Part shown: piece after piece, positions 48,840 through 56,949 of the stretch
Layout: every line of letters begins with the position of its first letter
How positions within the stretch are numbered: the first letter of the stretch is position 1
From: Solirubrobacterales bacterium
Lineage (GTDB): Bacteria > Actinomycetota > Thermoleophilia > Solirubrobacterales > 70-9
Reading direction: 5' to 3'
Assembly: GCA_035765335.1 (NCBI GenBank)
Contig: DASTXV010000054.1
Location: 1,260-65,259 of the forward strand
DNA length: 64,000 bases
Position numbers and translations under genes: made by a program
The notes under the pieces: model-generated
Databases searched by the model: none
Told to the model about the DNA's origin: nothing
Seen by the model: only the letters and a program-made list of their open reading frames with translations

Positions 48840-50417
48840 GTGCCCCTCCCCACCAGTCGCGTTCTCTCCAACAGTCAGCTCGCGACGCTGGCCAGGCATG
48901 GCGAGGAGCGGACGGCCGAGGTCGGGGAGAAGCTCTTCGAGATCGGCGACGAGACCTACCCGTTCATCGCCATCCTCGAGGGCGAGGCGGCGGTCCTCGA
49001 CTCGACCAGGAACGAGATCGTCCGCCACGGGGCCTCCGGCTTCCTCGGCGAGATGAACCTGCTCTCCGGGCAGACGGTCTTCCTCACCGCCGTCGCCACC
49101 AGGCCGATGCGCTACATCGCGGTCGAGCGCGAAGAGCTGCGCAAGCTGCTGCTGGAGGACGCGCCGCTCTCCGACATCCTCCTCTCCGCCTTCGTGCAGC
49201 GGCGCGAGATGCTGCAGCAGCGGCAGGGGATCGGGATCGAGATCATCGGCTCGCGCGACTCGGAGGCGACGCGGGAGCTGGTCGACTTCGCCAAACGCCA
49301 GCGACTCCCCTTCACCTGGGTGGAGCCGGAGGAAAGCGCGGACGCGGCGCGGGCCTTGGAGGGACTGGACGAGCCGGAGATCCCACTGGTGCGGCTGCCG
49401 GGCGGCGGCGAGCTGCGCGCGCCGAGCGACGGCGAGCTGTCGCGGGCACTGGGAATCGGGCTGGAGCTGAAGTCGCGCGAGGAAGTGGACCTGCTGGTGA
49501 TCGGGGGCGGCCCCGCCGGGCTCGGCGCCGCCGTCTACGGCGCCTCGGAGGGTCTCGACACGCTGGTGGTCGAGAGCACCGTGCTCGGCGGGCAGGCGGG
49601 GACCTCGCGGCGGATCGAGAACTACCTCGGCTTCCCGGCGGGGATCAGCGGCAGCGAACTGACCAGTCGCGCGGTCACCCAGGCTCGCAAGTTCAACGCC
49701 CGCACCGCGACGCCGTACCGGGCGCAGGCGCTGGAGCCGGGCGCGGACCGGCACCTCGTCCGCCTCGAGGAGGGCCACGAGATCTCCGCCCGGGCGGTGG
49801 TGATCGCCACCGGCGCCGAATACCGGCGGCTGCCGGTCGACGACCTCCACGAGTACGAGGGGCTCAGCGTCTTCTACGCGGCCGGCCCGCCGGAGGCGCA
49901 GATCTGCGGCGGCCAGCGGGTCGGCGTCGTCGGCGGCGGCAACTCGGCCGGGCAGGCGGCCGTCTGGCTCGCCCGCGGCGGCGCCCTGGTCACCCTCCTG
50001 CACCGGCGCGCCGACCTCGCCGAGACGATGTCGAGCTACCTGATCGAGGAGCTCGACCGCTACGGCGTCGAGGTCCGCGACCGCAGCGAAATCGCCGAGC
50101 TGCACGGGGCCAACGGCAAGCTCGAGGCGGTGACGCTGACCGACGGCACCCGCCTCCCCTACTCGTTCCTCTTCCTCTTCCTCGGCGCCGCCCCCTGCAC
50201 CGGCTGGCTCGGCGAGACGGTCGCTCGCGACGAGAAGGGCTTCATCCGCACCGGCACCGAAGTCGGCGCCGACGGCCTGCTCGAAACCAGCGTTCCCCGC
50301 GTCTACGCCGCCGGCGACGTCCGCGCCGGCTCGATCAAGCGCTGCGCGATCGCGGTCGGCGAGGGCGCGGCGGTGGTGCGCTTCGTGCACGAGCACCTGG
50401 CGCCGGCGCCGGCCTAG
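48840..50417 (+). CDS. cyclic-nucleotide-binding domain fused to thioredoxin-reductase-like flavoprotein (no CxxC)
   Basis: N-terminal CAP/cNMP fold (GFLGEMNLLSGQ). FAD site VIGGGPAGLGAA and NAD(P) site VVGGGNSAGQAA. The redox CxxC position reads YAAGPPEAQIC. Confidence 0.85.
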   Translation: MPLPTSRVLSNSQLATLARHGEERTAEVGEKLFEIGDETYPFIAILEGEAAVLDSTRNEIVRHGASGFLGEMNLLSGQTVFLTAVATRPMRYIAVEREELRKLLLEDAPLSDILLSAFVQRREMLQQRQGIGIEIIGSRDSEATRELVDFAKRQRLPFTWVEPEESADAARALEGLDEPEIPLVRLPGGGELRAPSDGELSRALGIGLELKSREEVDLLVIGGGPAGLGAAVYGASEGLDTLVVESTVLGGQAGTSRRIENYLGFPAGISGSELTSRAVTQARKFNARTATPYRAQALEPGADRHLVRLEEGHEISARAVVIATGAEYRRLPVDDLHEYEGLSVFYAAGPPEAQICGGQRVGVVGGGNSAGQAAVWLARGGALVTLLHRRADLAETMSSYLIEELDRYGVEVRDRSEIAELHGANGKLEAVTLTDGTRLPYSFLFLFLGAAPCTGWLGETVARDEKGFIRTGTEVGADGLLETSVPRVYAAGDVRAGSIKRCAIAVGEGAAVVRFVHEHLAPAPA

Positions 50418-51175
50418 AGCTGGATCGATTCCACCTGCGAGGAGAGCTCGCCGTCGAGCAGGGCGTGGATCGCGAAGCCCGGCACCGAGACGAAATCGAC
50501 CCCTTCGCTCTCGAAGTCGGGACGCGCCTGCTGGTAGGTGCTGGGGACGGAGAGGACCGGGCAGCCGGCGAGGGCGCCGGCGGCGATGCGGTGGAGGTGG
50601 CCGCCGGTGATCGCCCGCAGCTGCGGGTGCCGCGCCACGACCTCGGCGAGCAGCTCGCGCTGCCCCGGCTCGAGGTTGATCCCGTCCCACTCGCGCACCC
50701 CGGTGGCCAGCGGCGGATGGTGCATCGCCAGCAGGGTCGGCCGCTCGGGTTGAGCCGCAAGCTCGACGTCGAGCCATCCCAGTCGCTGCGGGTCGTACCT
50801 ACCCGGATCCTGACCGGGCACGTTCGAGTCGAAGGCGACGAGCCGCAGCTCCCCCACGTCGACCGAATATTGGATCGGCTCATCCCCCGTTCCAGGCAGG
50901 TCGAACGCCTCCCGCAGAAGAGCGCGGTCGTCGTGGTTGCCGGGCAGAACGTGGAGCGGAGCTTCCAGTCGCTCCAGCAGCTCGCGGGCGAGCCGGAACT
51001 CCTGGGGGCCACCGTCGTGCGTGAGGTCGCCGGAGACGAGGACGGCGTCAACCCGGTTGGGCAACGAGCGCACCGCCTCGACGACCGCTTCCAGGTGCGG
51101 CACCGGATCGACCCCGTTCTCGTTCGCACCGATGTGGAGGTCGCTGAGCTGGGCGAGCAGGGTCGGCGTCGCCAT
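50414..51175 (-). CDS. class III cyclic-nucleotide phosphodiesterase-like metallophosphoesterase (CpdA-like)
   Basis: Motifs SDLHIG, SGDLTHDG, PGNHD and GGHLH. Confidence 0.8.
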   Translation of the reverse strand: MATPTLLAQLSDLHIGANENGVDPVPHLEAVVEAVRSLPNRVDAVLVSGDLTHDGGPQEFRLARELLERLEAPLHVLPGNHDDRALLREAFDLPGTGDEPIQYSVDVGELRLVAFDSNVPGQDPGRYDPQRLGWLDVELAAQPERPTLLAMHHPPLATGVREWDGINLEPGQRELLAEVVARHPQLRAITGGHLHRIAAGALAGCPVLSVPSTYQQARPDFESEGVDFVSVPGFAIHALLDGELSSQVESIQL

Positions 51176-51178
51176 CGC

Positions 51179-51604
51179 TCAGGCCGGGACCGGAATCGTG
51201 ACCACCTCGAGCCCGTCGATGCCTTCGAAGTCCCGGGCATCGCAGGTGTAGACCGGCAGCTCTCTCGCCAGTGCGATCGCCGCGATCATCGCGTCCTTGC
51301 GACGCGCCGAAACCTTGCGGCCCGACGCTCGCAGCGAAGCCGCGACGCTGCCAAAAGCTCTTGCGGCATCGACATCGAACGGAAGAGGATTGAAGCTTGC
51401 CTCTACCTGCTGAAGATGCGCCAGTCGACGAGCACGCTCGACCTCACTCTTCACAGTTAAGGGTCCGACGCTGAGCTCTGCCAACGTGATCGTCGTGATC
51501 AGCGACACCACGGGGAGCAACTCGACCTCCCGATAGCGATTGAACGGGATCAGCGCCGAAGTATCCAAGATCCCTCGCTGGTGCCTGACCTGGGGCGCAT
51601 TCAC
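51179..51604 (-). CDS. vapC: PIN-domain toxin VapC
   Basis: ILDTSALI N-terminal acidic motif. 4-nt overlap with the upstream antitoxin gene. Confidence 0.85.
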   Translation of the reverse strand: MNAPQVRHQRGILDTSALIPFNRYREVELLPVVSLITTITLAELSVGPLTVKSEVERARRLAHLQQVEASFNPLPFDVDAARAFGSVAASLRASGRKVSARRKDAMIAAIALARELPVYTCDARDFEGIDGLEVVTIPVPA

Positions 51605-51834
51605 AGCAGCTCCCCCATGACCTCATCCACGTCGGCCCGAAATTGCTCGTAATCGATGGACGGTAGATGGCGCCACCTCTCAAGAAGAACCTCGGTGGTC
51701 ATCTCCTGGTGCAGGGGATTTAGTTCGGCCACGGGCTTGCCGTCACGGGTAATCGTGATCCGCTCGCCATTCGCGGCCCTGTCCACTATCTCTCCCCCCT
51801 GGTTTCTCAATTCTCTGATGCTCACGTCGCTCAT
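51601..51834 (-). CDS. vapB: Phd/YefM-type antitoxin
   Basis: MSDVSIRELRNQGGEIVDRA...ITITRDGKPVAEL. Confidence 0.85.
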   Translation of the reverse strand: MSDVSIRELRNQGGEIVDRAANGERITITRDGKPVAELNPLHQEMTTEVLLERWRHLPSIDYEQFRADVDEVMGELL

Positions 51835-51872
51835 ACCTCCAATGTATCACCCGTGATACAGGCATATATTCC

Positions 51873-53207
51873 TCATTTGATAAGCCGCACTTCGAAGCTC
51901 GGCATCGCGATCGCGCCGGCGCCGCCGATCAGGGCGAGGATGCGGGTGACGTAGGCCTGGGTCTCGGGGTAGGGCGGGATGCAGTTGCAGGCTTCGACCG
52001 GAGCGGGGCCGGCGTTGTAGGCGGCGAGGGCGAGTTCGGGCGATCCGAACTGGCGCAGGAGGTCGGACATCAGGTGTCCCTGGGCCTCGATGGCGGCCAC
52101 GGGGTCGAAGGGGTTGGTGAGGCCGTAGGCGGCCGCGGTGGAGGGCATGAACTGGGCGATGCCCTGAGCCCCGGCCGAGGAGCCGGCGTTGGGATCGAAG
52201 CCTGACTCGGCCATCAGCTGGCCCGCCATCAGCGCCGGCGGAACACCCCAACGGGCGGCGGAGCGGAGGATCGGCTCCCGGTATTGCGCCGGAACGAACG
52301 AGGGAAGCGCGGTCGAGGAGGCCATCGTGCCTACCCCTCCCCCGCCCTCGGCCACGGCTTCGCCCGCGGGCGAGCAAGGTGCCGGGCCGCTCGCGAAGCC
52401 CCAGTGCCACGGCTCCCACCCGTAACGCAACTGGAAGCCGAAGCGAGCGCCGTTGGCGGCGAGCCAGCCGTAGGCGGAGGAAGGGCCGAGATCGAGCTCG
52501 GTGGCGCAGCGGTGCAGCGACTGGCCTGGCGGTGCGACCCAGGTGGGATCGGGGTTGGCGGCGAACAGCTCGGCCTGCTCGGCATCCGAGCGGAAGCCGG
52601 AGACCACCATCAGCACCACCCCATCGGCGCGGGCGGCCGCCGCCATCTGGTCGTAGGCCGCGGCCACGTCCGGGCGCATGCCCTCGCCGTCCCGGAAGAC
52701 GAGAACTCCCCCGTAACCGCCGCCGCTCGCCATCCCGGTGCCCCCGTCCGATGCCGCTCCGAAGGGAGCGGCCGCTTCGGCGACGGCGCTGGCTTCGACG
52801 CGCTGGCCGTCGCCTTCACGAAGGCCGGCGACGATCGTGGCCTTGGCGCGGACGGGAGCGAACGAGCCGGCGTCCGGGAAGCGGATGCGGACGCGACCAG
52901 GATCGACGTCATTCGCCCGAGCCGCAGCCAGCGCCGCGGTCCGAGCCCGCGCCAGATACTCGGCCTTGGCGAGGTGCTCCGGGTTCGCTCGTCCGTCGGC
53001 GAGCCGCGGCGGCGCGAGCAAGCGCGGCAGGTCGTCGCGCATCGAGCGGACTGCGGAGATCGCGACCAGGTCCGCGGCCCGCTGAGCCCGCCCCTTACCG
53101 GTGACCGCTCCCGCGATCGCCACCAGCGCCAGAGCGGCAGCGAGGATCGCCAGCGATCCGCCCAGGGCGAGGATCAGCGCCTGCCCGGACTCGTCCCTGC
53201 CCCTCAT
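51873..53207 (-). CDS. TadG-like N-terminal anchor fused to M15B (VanY-type) peptidase and SLT lytic transglycosylase domains
   Basis: ESGQALILALGGSLAILAAALALVAIAGAV...AADLVAISA (Tad TadE/G-like). SGFRSDAEQ...PPGQSLHRCATELD...EPWHW (M15B). AESGFDP..AGAQGIAQFMP...AAYNAGP (SLT). Confidence 0.8.
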   Translation of the reverse strand: MRGRDESGQALILALGGSLAILAAALALVAIAGAVTGKGRAQRAADLVAISAVRSMRDDLPRLLAPPRLADGRANPEHLAKAEYLARARTAALAAARANDVDPGRVRIRFPDAGSFAPVRAKATIVAGLREGDGQRVEASAVAEAAAPFGAASDGGTGMASGGGYGGVLVFRDGEGMRPDVAAAYDQMAAAARADGVVLMVVSGFRSDAEQAELFAANPDPTWVAPPGQSLHRCATELDLGPSSAYGWLAANGARFGFQLRYGWEPWHWGFASGPAPCSPAGEAVAEGGGGVGTMASSTALPSFVPAQYREPILRSAARWGVPPALMAGQLMAESGFDPNAGSSAGAQGIAQFMPSTAAAYGLTNPFDPVAAIEAQGHLMSDLLRQFGSPELALAAYNAGPAPVEACNCIPPYPETQAYVTRILALIGGAGAIAMPSFEVRLIK

Positions 53208-53806
53208 TCCGCTCCTCCGATGAGCCGGCGAACCAACCGCTCGGGCAGCTCCCCCGGTGGCAGGACCCCGAAGAGGGCGCGACGCTCGGCGACCCAGTTG
53301 AGCCTGTGCTTGAACACCGCGGCAGGAATCCCCCGCTCGATCAGGTCACGCACCGTCAACGCCACCAGCGCCCGATCGCTCTTCAGGTCGGCGCGCAGCA
53401 GGACTCCCGGCGACCCCAGCCTCGCCCTCTCATCCAGCGCCACCTGCAGCATCCCCGGCGGCAGGTGGATCACTGCGGTCGTCCCGCGAGCGACCGTCAA
53501 CGCCGCGGAGGCGGCGTCGAACCATCCATCGTCGGCCGGAACCGCCAGATGGCAGACCTGCCCGCGCGCAGCGCCCTTCGCTTGTGGCAGGTGAGCGGCC
53601 AACCGCTCCTCCAGCTCCCGGGCCGCCGCCGAGGCGATCAGAGTCGGCCTCGGCGTCCTGCCGCCTACGTCCACCAGCAGCGCCGGGACGTCGGCGTCCG
53701 CGCCGGCGCAAGCAAGTGCCGCCGCCACCCCGCGCGAGCCCTCCGCCTCTCCCACCGCCGTGACCAGAACGGCAGGGCCATCCCCCAATGGATTGACCAG
53801 GCTCAT
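53204..53806 (-). CDS. hypothetical protein (possibly degenerate ParA/TadZ-like fold)
   Basis: 200 aa from ATG at 53806, with ATGA overlap to the upstream TadE gene. AVLVTAVGEAEGSRGVAAALACAG...ALLVDVGG resembles a P-loop fold lacking the Walker A Lys. Confidence 0.5.
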   Translation of the reverse strand: MSLVNPLGDGPAVLVTAVGEAEGSRGVAAALACAGADADVPALLVDVGGRTPRPTLIASAAARELEERLAAHLPQAKGAARGQVCHLAVPADDGWFDAASAALTVARGTTAVIHLPPGMLQVALDERARLGSPGVLLRADLKSDRALVALTVRDLIERGIPAAVFKHRLNWVAERRALFGVLPPGELPERLVRRLIGGAE

Positions 53807-54150
53807 CGCGCTGGCCTCGCCGCCGCGCTGCTGCTGACCTCGAGTCGCTCCGAGAGAGCCTCGATCGGCGATGGCGGTCGCAGGCGCACCGCCACCTCCC
53901 CGCCCTCGACCGCGACCGAGACGTCGTCCTCCGCCCACCCCGGCAGCGCCTCGCGGGCGGCCTCGGTGGCCGAGCCGCCCGAGGCCAGCGCCAGCGCCCC
54001 CGCCTCGGCCGCCCCGTCCGCGAGCGTCATCGCGTACCCGACCGCAAGCAACTGCAGCGCTACCAGCGCCGCCAGCAACAGCACAGGCATAGCCGCCATC
54101 AGCTCCACCGTCGCCTGTCCGCGCTCATCCATCGCCCGGCTCCAACCCAC
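53803..54150 (-). CDS. TadE-like minor pilin/pseudopilin
   Basis: ERGQATVELMAAMPVLLLAALVALQLL. Alternative ATG start at 54132. Confidence 0.7.
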   Translation of the reverse strand: MGWSRAMDERGQATVELMAAMPVLLLAALVALQLLAVGYAMTLADGAAEAGALALASGGSATEAAREALPGWAEDDVSVAVEGGEVAVRLRPPSPIEALSERLEVSSSAAARPAR

Positions 54151-54478
54151 TCCGCGCGCCCACCCGCAGCTCCGGCAGCGGCGGGATCAGCCGCGGCACC
54201 TCGACCCGGACCGAGACCCCCTCCCCCTCCTCCACCTCCGCCCCCTTCCTCATCGAGGGCGGGAGCGCCGAGCGCGCCGCGGCGGCGGCGTCGCCGCCGA
54301 CCAGCGCCGCCCGCGCCCCCGCCCGCGCGGCCACGCTCGCCGACCAGAGCGCCTGGCCGGCGAGCGCGAGCTGCGCCGCCACCAGGATTCCCAGCAGCAG
54401 AAAGGGGACCACAGCGACCAGCTCAACCGAAGCGGTCCCCTTCTCCCCGCGCGCTGCTTTCCCGACTCCCGATGGCAT
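54125..54478 (-). CDS. TadE-like minor pilin/pseudopilin
   Basis: 117 aa from ATG at 54478. EKGTASVELVAVVPFLLLGILVAAQLAL. Confidence 0.7.
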   Translation of the reverse strand: MPSGVGKAARGEKGTASVELVAVVPFLLLGILVAAQLALAGQALWSASVAARAGARAALVGGDAAAAARSALPPSMRKGAEVEEGEGVSVRVEVPRLIPPLPELRVGARSGLEPGDG

Positions 54479-54568
54479 GGGACAACCGTGCCGAGGTAAA
54501 TCGCACGCGTGGCGCGCACTCCGCAAATTCTTTGAGTCAGTTCACGAACGCATTCGTAAACTGAGGGG

Positions 54569-54922
54569 GTGCGCACCGCCCGCAACGTCGCGATCATCAT
54601 GCTGCTGGCGCTTCTCGTCGCCTTCCTGCCAGGCGGCGGCAACCTCGCCGAGGCGCTGATCACGGCCCTCACCATGGGCCTCCTCGCCGGGATCGCCTGG
54701 ATGATCTACACCGTCAGCCGCGAGAGCCAGCTGACGCTGGCGACCCTCAGCGACGGCCGCCGCGCCATCCTCTACGGCGCCGTCGGGATGATCGTGCTGC
54801 TGATCGCCGGCAGCGACAAGATGTTCGACAGCGGCGGCGGCACCCTGCTCTGGATCTTCCTCCTCGCCCTCTCGGTCGCGGCGATCTGGCGGGTGTGGAT
54901 GGAGGCCAACACCCTCAGCTGA
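54569..54922 (+). CDS. hypothetical membrane protein
   Basis: Four hydrophobic segments and good GC3 bias. No family recognised. Confidence 0.55.
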   Translation: MRTARNVAIIMLLALLVAFLPGGGNLAEALITALTMGLLAGIAWMIYTVSRESQLTLATLSDGRRAILYGAVGMIVLLIAGSDKMFDSGGGTLLWIFLLALSVAAIWRVWMEANTLS

Positions 54923-54936
54923 ACCCGCGCGCCGCT

Positions 54937-55176
54937 CTAATTGCGGGTCATCACGACGATGCCGATGATCACCGCGGCGGCAACGCAGGCCAGCGCCAGC
55001 GCGCCGACCACGGCCGCGGCCGTCGCCGCCACCGTCCTGCCGCTGCGGCTCAGCTCGACGAACTGGCTCGCGCCCCAGATCCCGACCGAGAAGACGAAGG
55101 TGACGCCGATCCCGCCCACCGCCGCGGCGGCGATCGTCGAGAGCAGCTCGTCGGTGTGGACGACGGTGGCGATCAC
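54937..55176 (-). CDS. small two-TM membrane protein translationally coupled to pit
   Basis: 79 codons. The GTG at 55176 overlaps the pit TGA (GTGA). Two hydrophobic helices. In the ORF track it is hidden in the 138-aa ORF 54937..55353. Confidence 0.5.
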   Translation of the reverse strand: MIATVVHTDELLSTIAAAAVGGIGVTFVFSVGIWGASQFVELSRSGRTVAATAAAVVGALALACVAAAVIIGIVVMTRN

Positions 55177-56276
55177 GCGGTCGTCCCCTCGACCGGAGCG
55201 CCCTGCCGCGCCCGCCGCGCGAAGGCGAAGGCGATCATCGCCAGCGCGATCACGGTGACGATGACCGGACCGACCGCGCCGGTCCCGAAGATCCGCGTCA
55301 GCCCATAGGTGAGCCCGCCGATCGCGGCCGCCGCCGGCAGGGTCAGCAGCCAAGCCATGAAGATGTTGCCGGCGACGCCCCAGCGCACCGCCGAGAGCCG
55401 CTTGCCCGCGCCCGCGCCCATCACGCCGCCGTTGATCACGTGCGTGGTCGAGAGCGGGAAGCCGTAGTGGGTCGAGGCGAGGATCACGGCCGCCCCCGCC
55501 CCCTGCGCCGAGAACCCCTGCGCCGCGTCCATCTTGATGATCCGGGTGCCGGTCGTCTTGATGATCCGCCAGCCGCCGCTGTAGGTGCCGAGGGCGATCG
55601 CGGTCGCGGCCGAGAAGATCACCCAGAACGGCGGGTCCGCTCCCGCGTCGAGCGTTCCGTTGGCGATCAGCGCCAGGGTGATCACGCCCATCGTCTTCTG
55701 GGCGTCGTTGGTCCCGTGCGCCAGCGCCAGCAGCCCGCCGGAGACGACCTGCCCGTAGCGATAGCCTCGGGTGACGACGCCGGGCCGCTGCTTGCCGACC
55801 ACCCGGTAGGAGATCCCGATCGCGATGCCGGCGACGAGGAAGGCGAGCAGGGGAGCGACGACAGCGGGGATCAGGACCTTGCCGAGGACGCCGTCGGCGA
55901 TCACCGCGTCGAAGCCGACGGCGGCCACGGCGGAACCGACGACGCCGCCGATCAGCGCGTGCGAGGAGCTCGAGGGCAGCCCGAAGTACCAGGTGATCAG
56001 GTTCCAGGCGATCGCCCCGATCAGGCCGGCGAAGACGATCGTCGGCGTGATCACTTCGGCGTCGACCACGTCCGAGGCGACGGTGGCGGCGACGCTGATC
56101 GAGATGAAGGCGCCGACGAAGTTGAGCAGCGCCGCGAAGGTGATCGCCACCTGCGGCCGCGCCGCCCCGGTCGAGATCGAGGTGGCGACGACGTTGGCGG
56201 TGTCGTGGAAGCCGTTGGTGTAGTCGAACGCCAGCGCCGTGGCGACGACGATGACGAGGATGATGTCCGCGCTCAT
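55173..56276 (-). CDS. pit: inorganic phosphate transporter, PiT family
   Basis: FDYTNGFHDTAN and GTNDAQKTMG signature blocks. Polytopic. Confidence 0.9.
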   Translation of the reverse strand: MSADIILVIVVATALAFDYTNGFHDTANVVATSISTGAARPQVAITFAALLNFVGAFISISVAATVASDVVDAEVITPTIVFAGLIGAIAWNLITWYFGLPSSSSHALIGGVVGSAVAAVGFDAVIADGVLGKVLIPAVVAPLLAFLVAGIAIGISYRVVGKQRPGVVTRGYRYGQVVSGGLLALAHGTNDAQKTMGVITLALIANGTLDAGADPPFWVIFSAATAIALGTYSGGWRIIKTTGTRIIKMDAAQGFSAQGAGAAVILASTHYGFPLSTTHVINGGVMGAGAGKRLSAVRWGVAGNIFMAWLLTLPAAAAIGGLTYGLTRIFGTGAVGPVIVTVIALAMIAFAFARRARQGAPVEGTTA

Positions 56277-56292
56277 GGTCGGGTGACCAGGG

Positions 56293-56910
56293 TCACGAGT
56301 TCTTGATGACGATGCCCTCGATGATTTGAGCGGCCGTCTCGGTCGCGTCGATCGCCTCCTCGAGGACGGCGAACATGTCCTTCCAGCGGATCACGACCAT
56401 CGGGTCGATCCCGTTGGAGAAGAGCGAGGCGACGGCATCGCGGGAGACCCGGTCGCCGTCGTTCTCGAGGCGGTGGATCTCGATCCAGTACTTGTCGAGA
56501 TCCTTGAACTGGGGCAGTTGCTCGAGCCCCATCGCCAGCTGCTCGCAGGAGGCGACGAGGATCTTGGTCAGCGCCTGGGCCTGCGCCATCGGCGCCTCGA
56601 TCTTGTAGAGGCCGAGGAAGTCGGCGGCCTCCTCGGTGAAGTCGACGATGTCATCCATCTGCGTCGCCAGGGCGTAGATGTCCTCGCGGTCGATCGGCGT
56701 CACGAAGGTGGAGTTCAGCCGTTTGATGATGTCGTGGGTGATCCGATCACCCTCCTGCTCGGCCTTGAGGATCTCCCGCGAGAGGCCCCCCGCTTCCGGC
56801 CAGGTGTTCATCATCTCGTCCAGCAGGCGGGCGGCGTGCAGGGTGTTTTGCCCCGCCTCGATGAAGAGGTCGAAGAAGGTCCTATCGCGAGGGAGGAGCG
56901 AGAAACGCAC
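56293..56910 (-). CDS. DUF47/PhoU-like Pit accessory protein
   Basis: 205 aa helical protein directly upstream of pit, the typical pairing. EQEGDRITHDI motif. Confidence 0.85.
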   Translation of the reverse strand: MRFSLLPRDRTFFDLFIEAGQNTLHAARLLDEMMNTWPEAGGLSREILKAEQEGDRITHDIIKRLNSTFVTPIDREDIYALATQMDDIVDFTEEAADFLGLYKIEAPMAQAQALTKILVASCEQLAMGLEQLPQFKDLDKYWIEIHRLENDGDRVSRDAVASLFSNGIDPMVVIRWKDMFAVLEEAIDATETAAQIIEGIVIKNS

Positions 56911-56949
56911 TCCTGCGCATCCTAATGAGGACGCGGACGGAGACGCGTC

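Noticed and set aside
48206-51460. 1084-aa plus-strand ORF and 672-aa minus-strand ORF 48759..50777
   Set aside because: They run across four independently well-supported genes on both strands. The composition is Arg/Gly/Pro/Ala-rich shadow.
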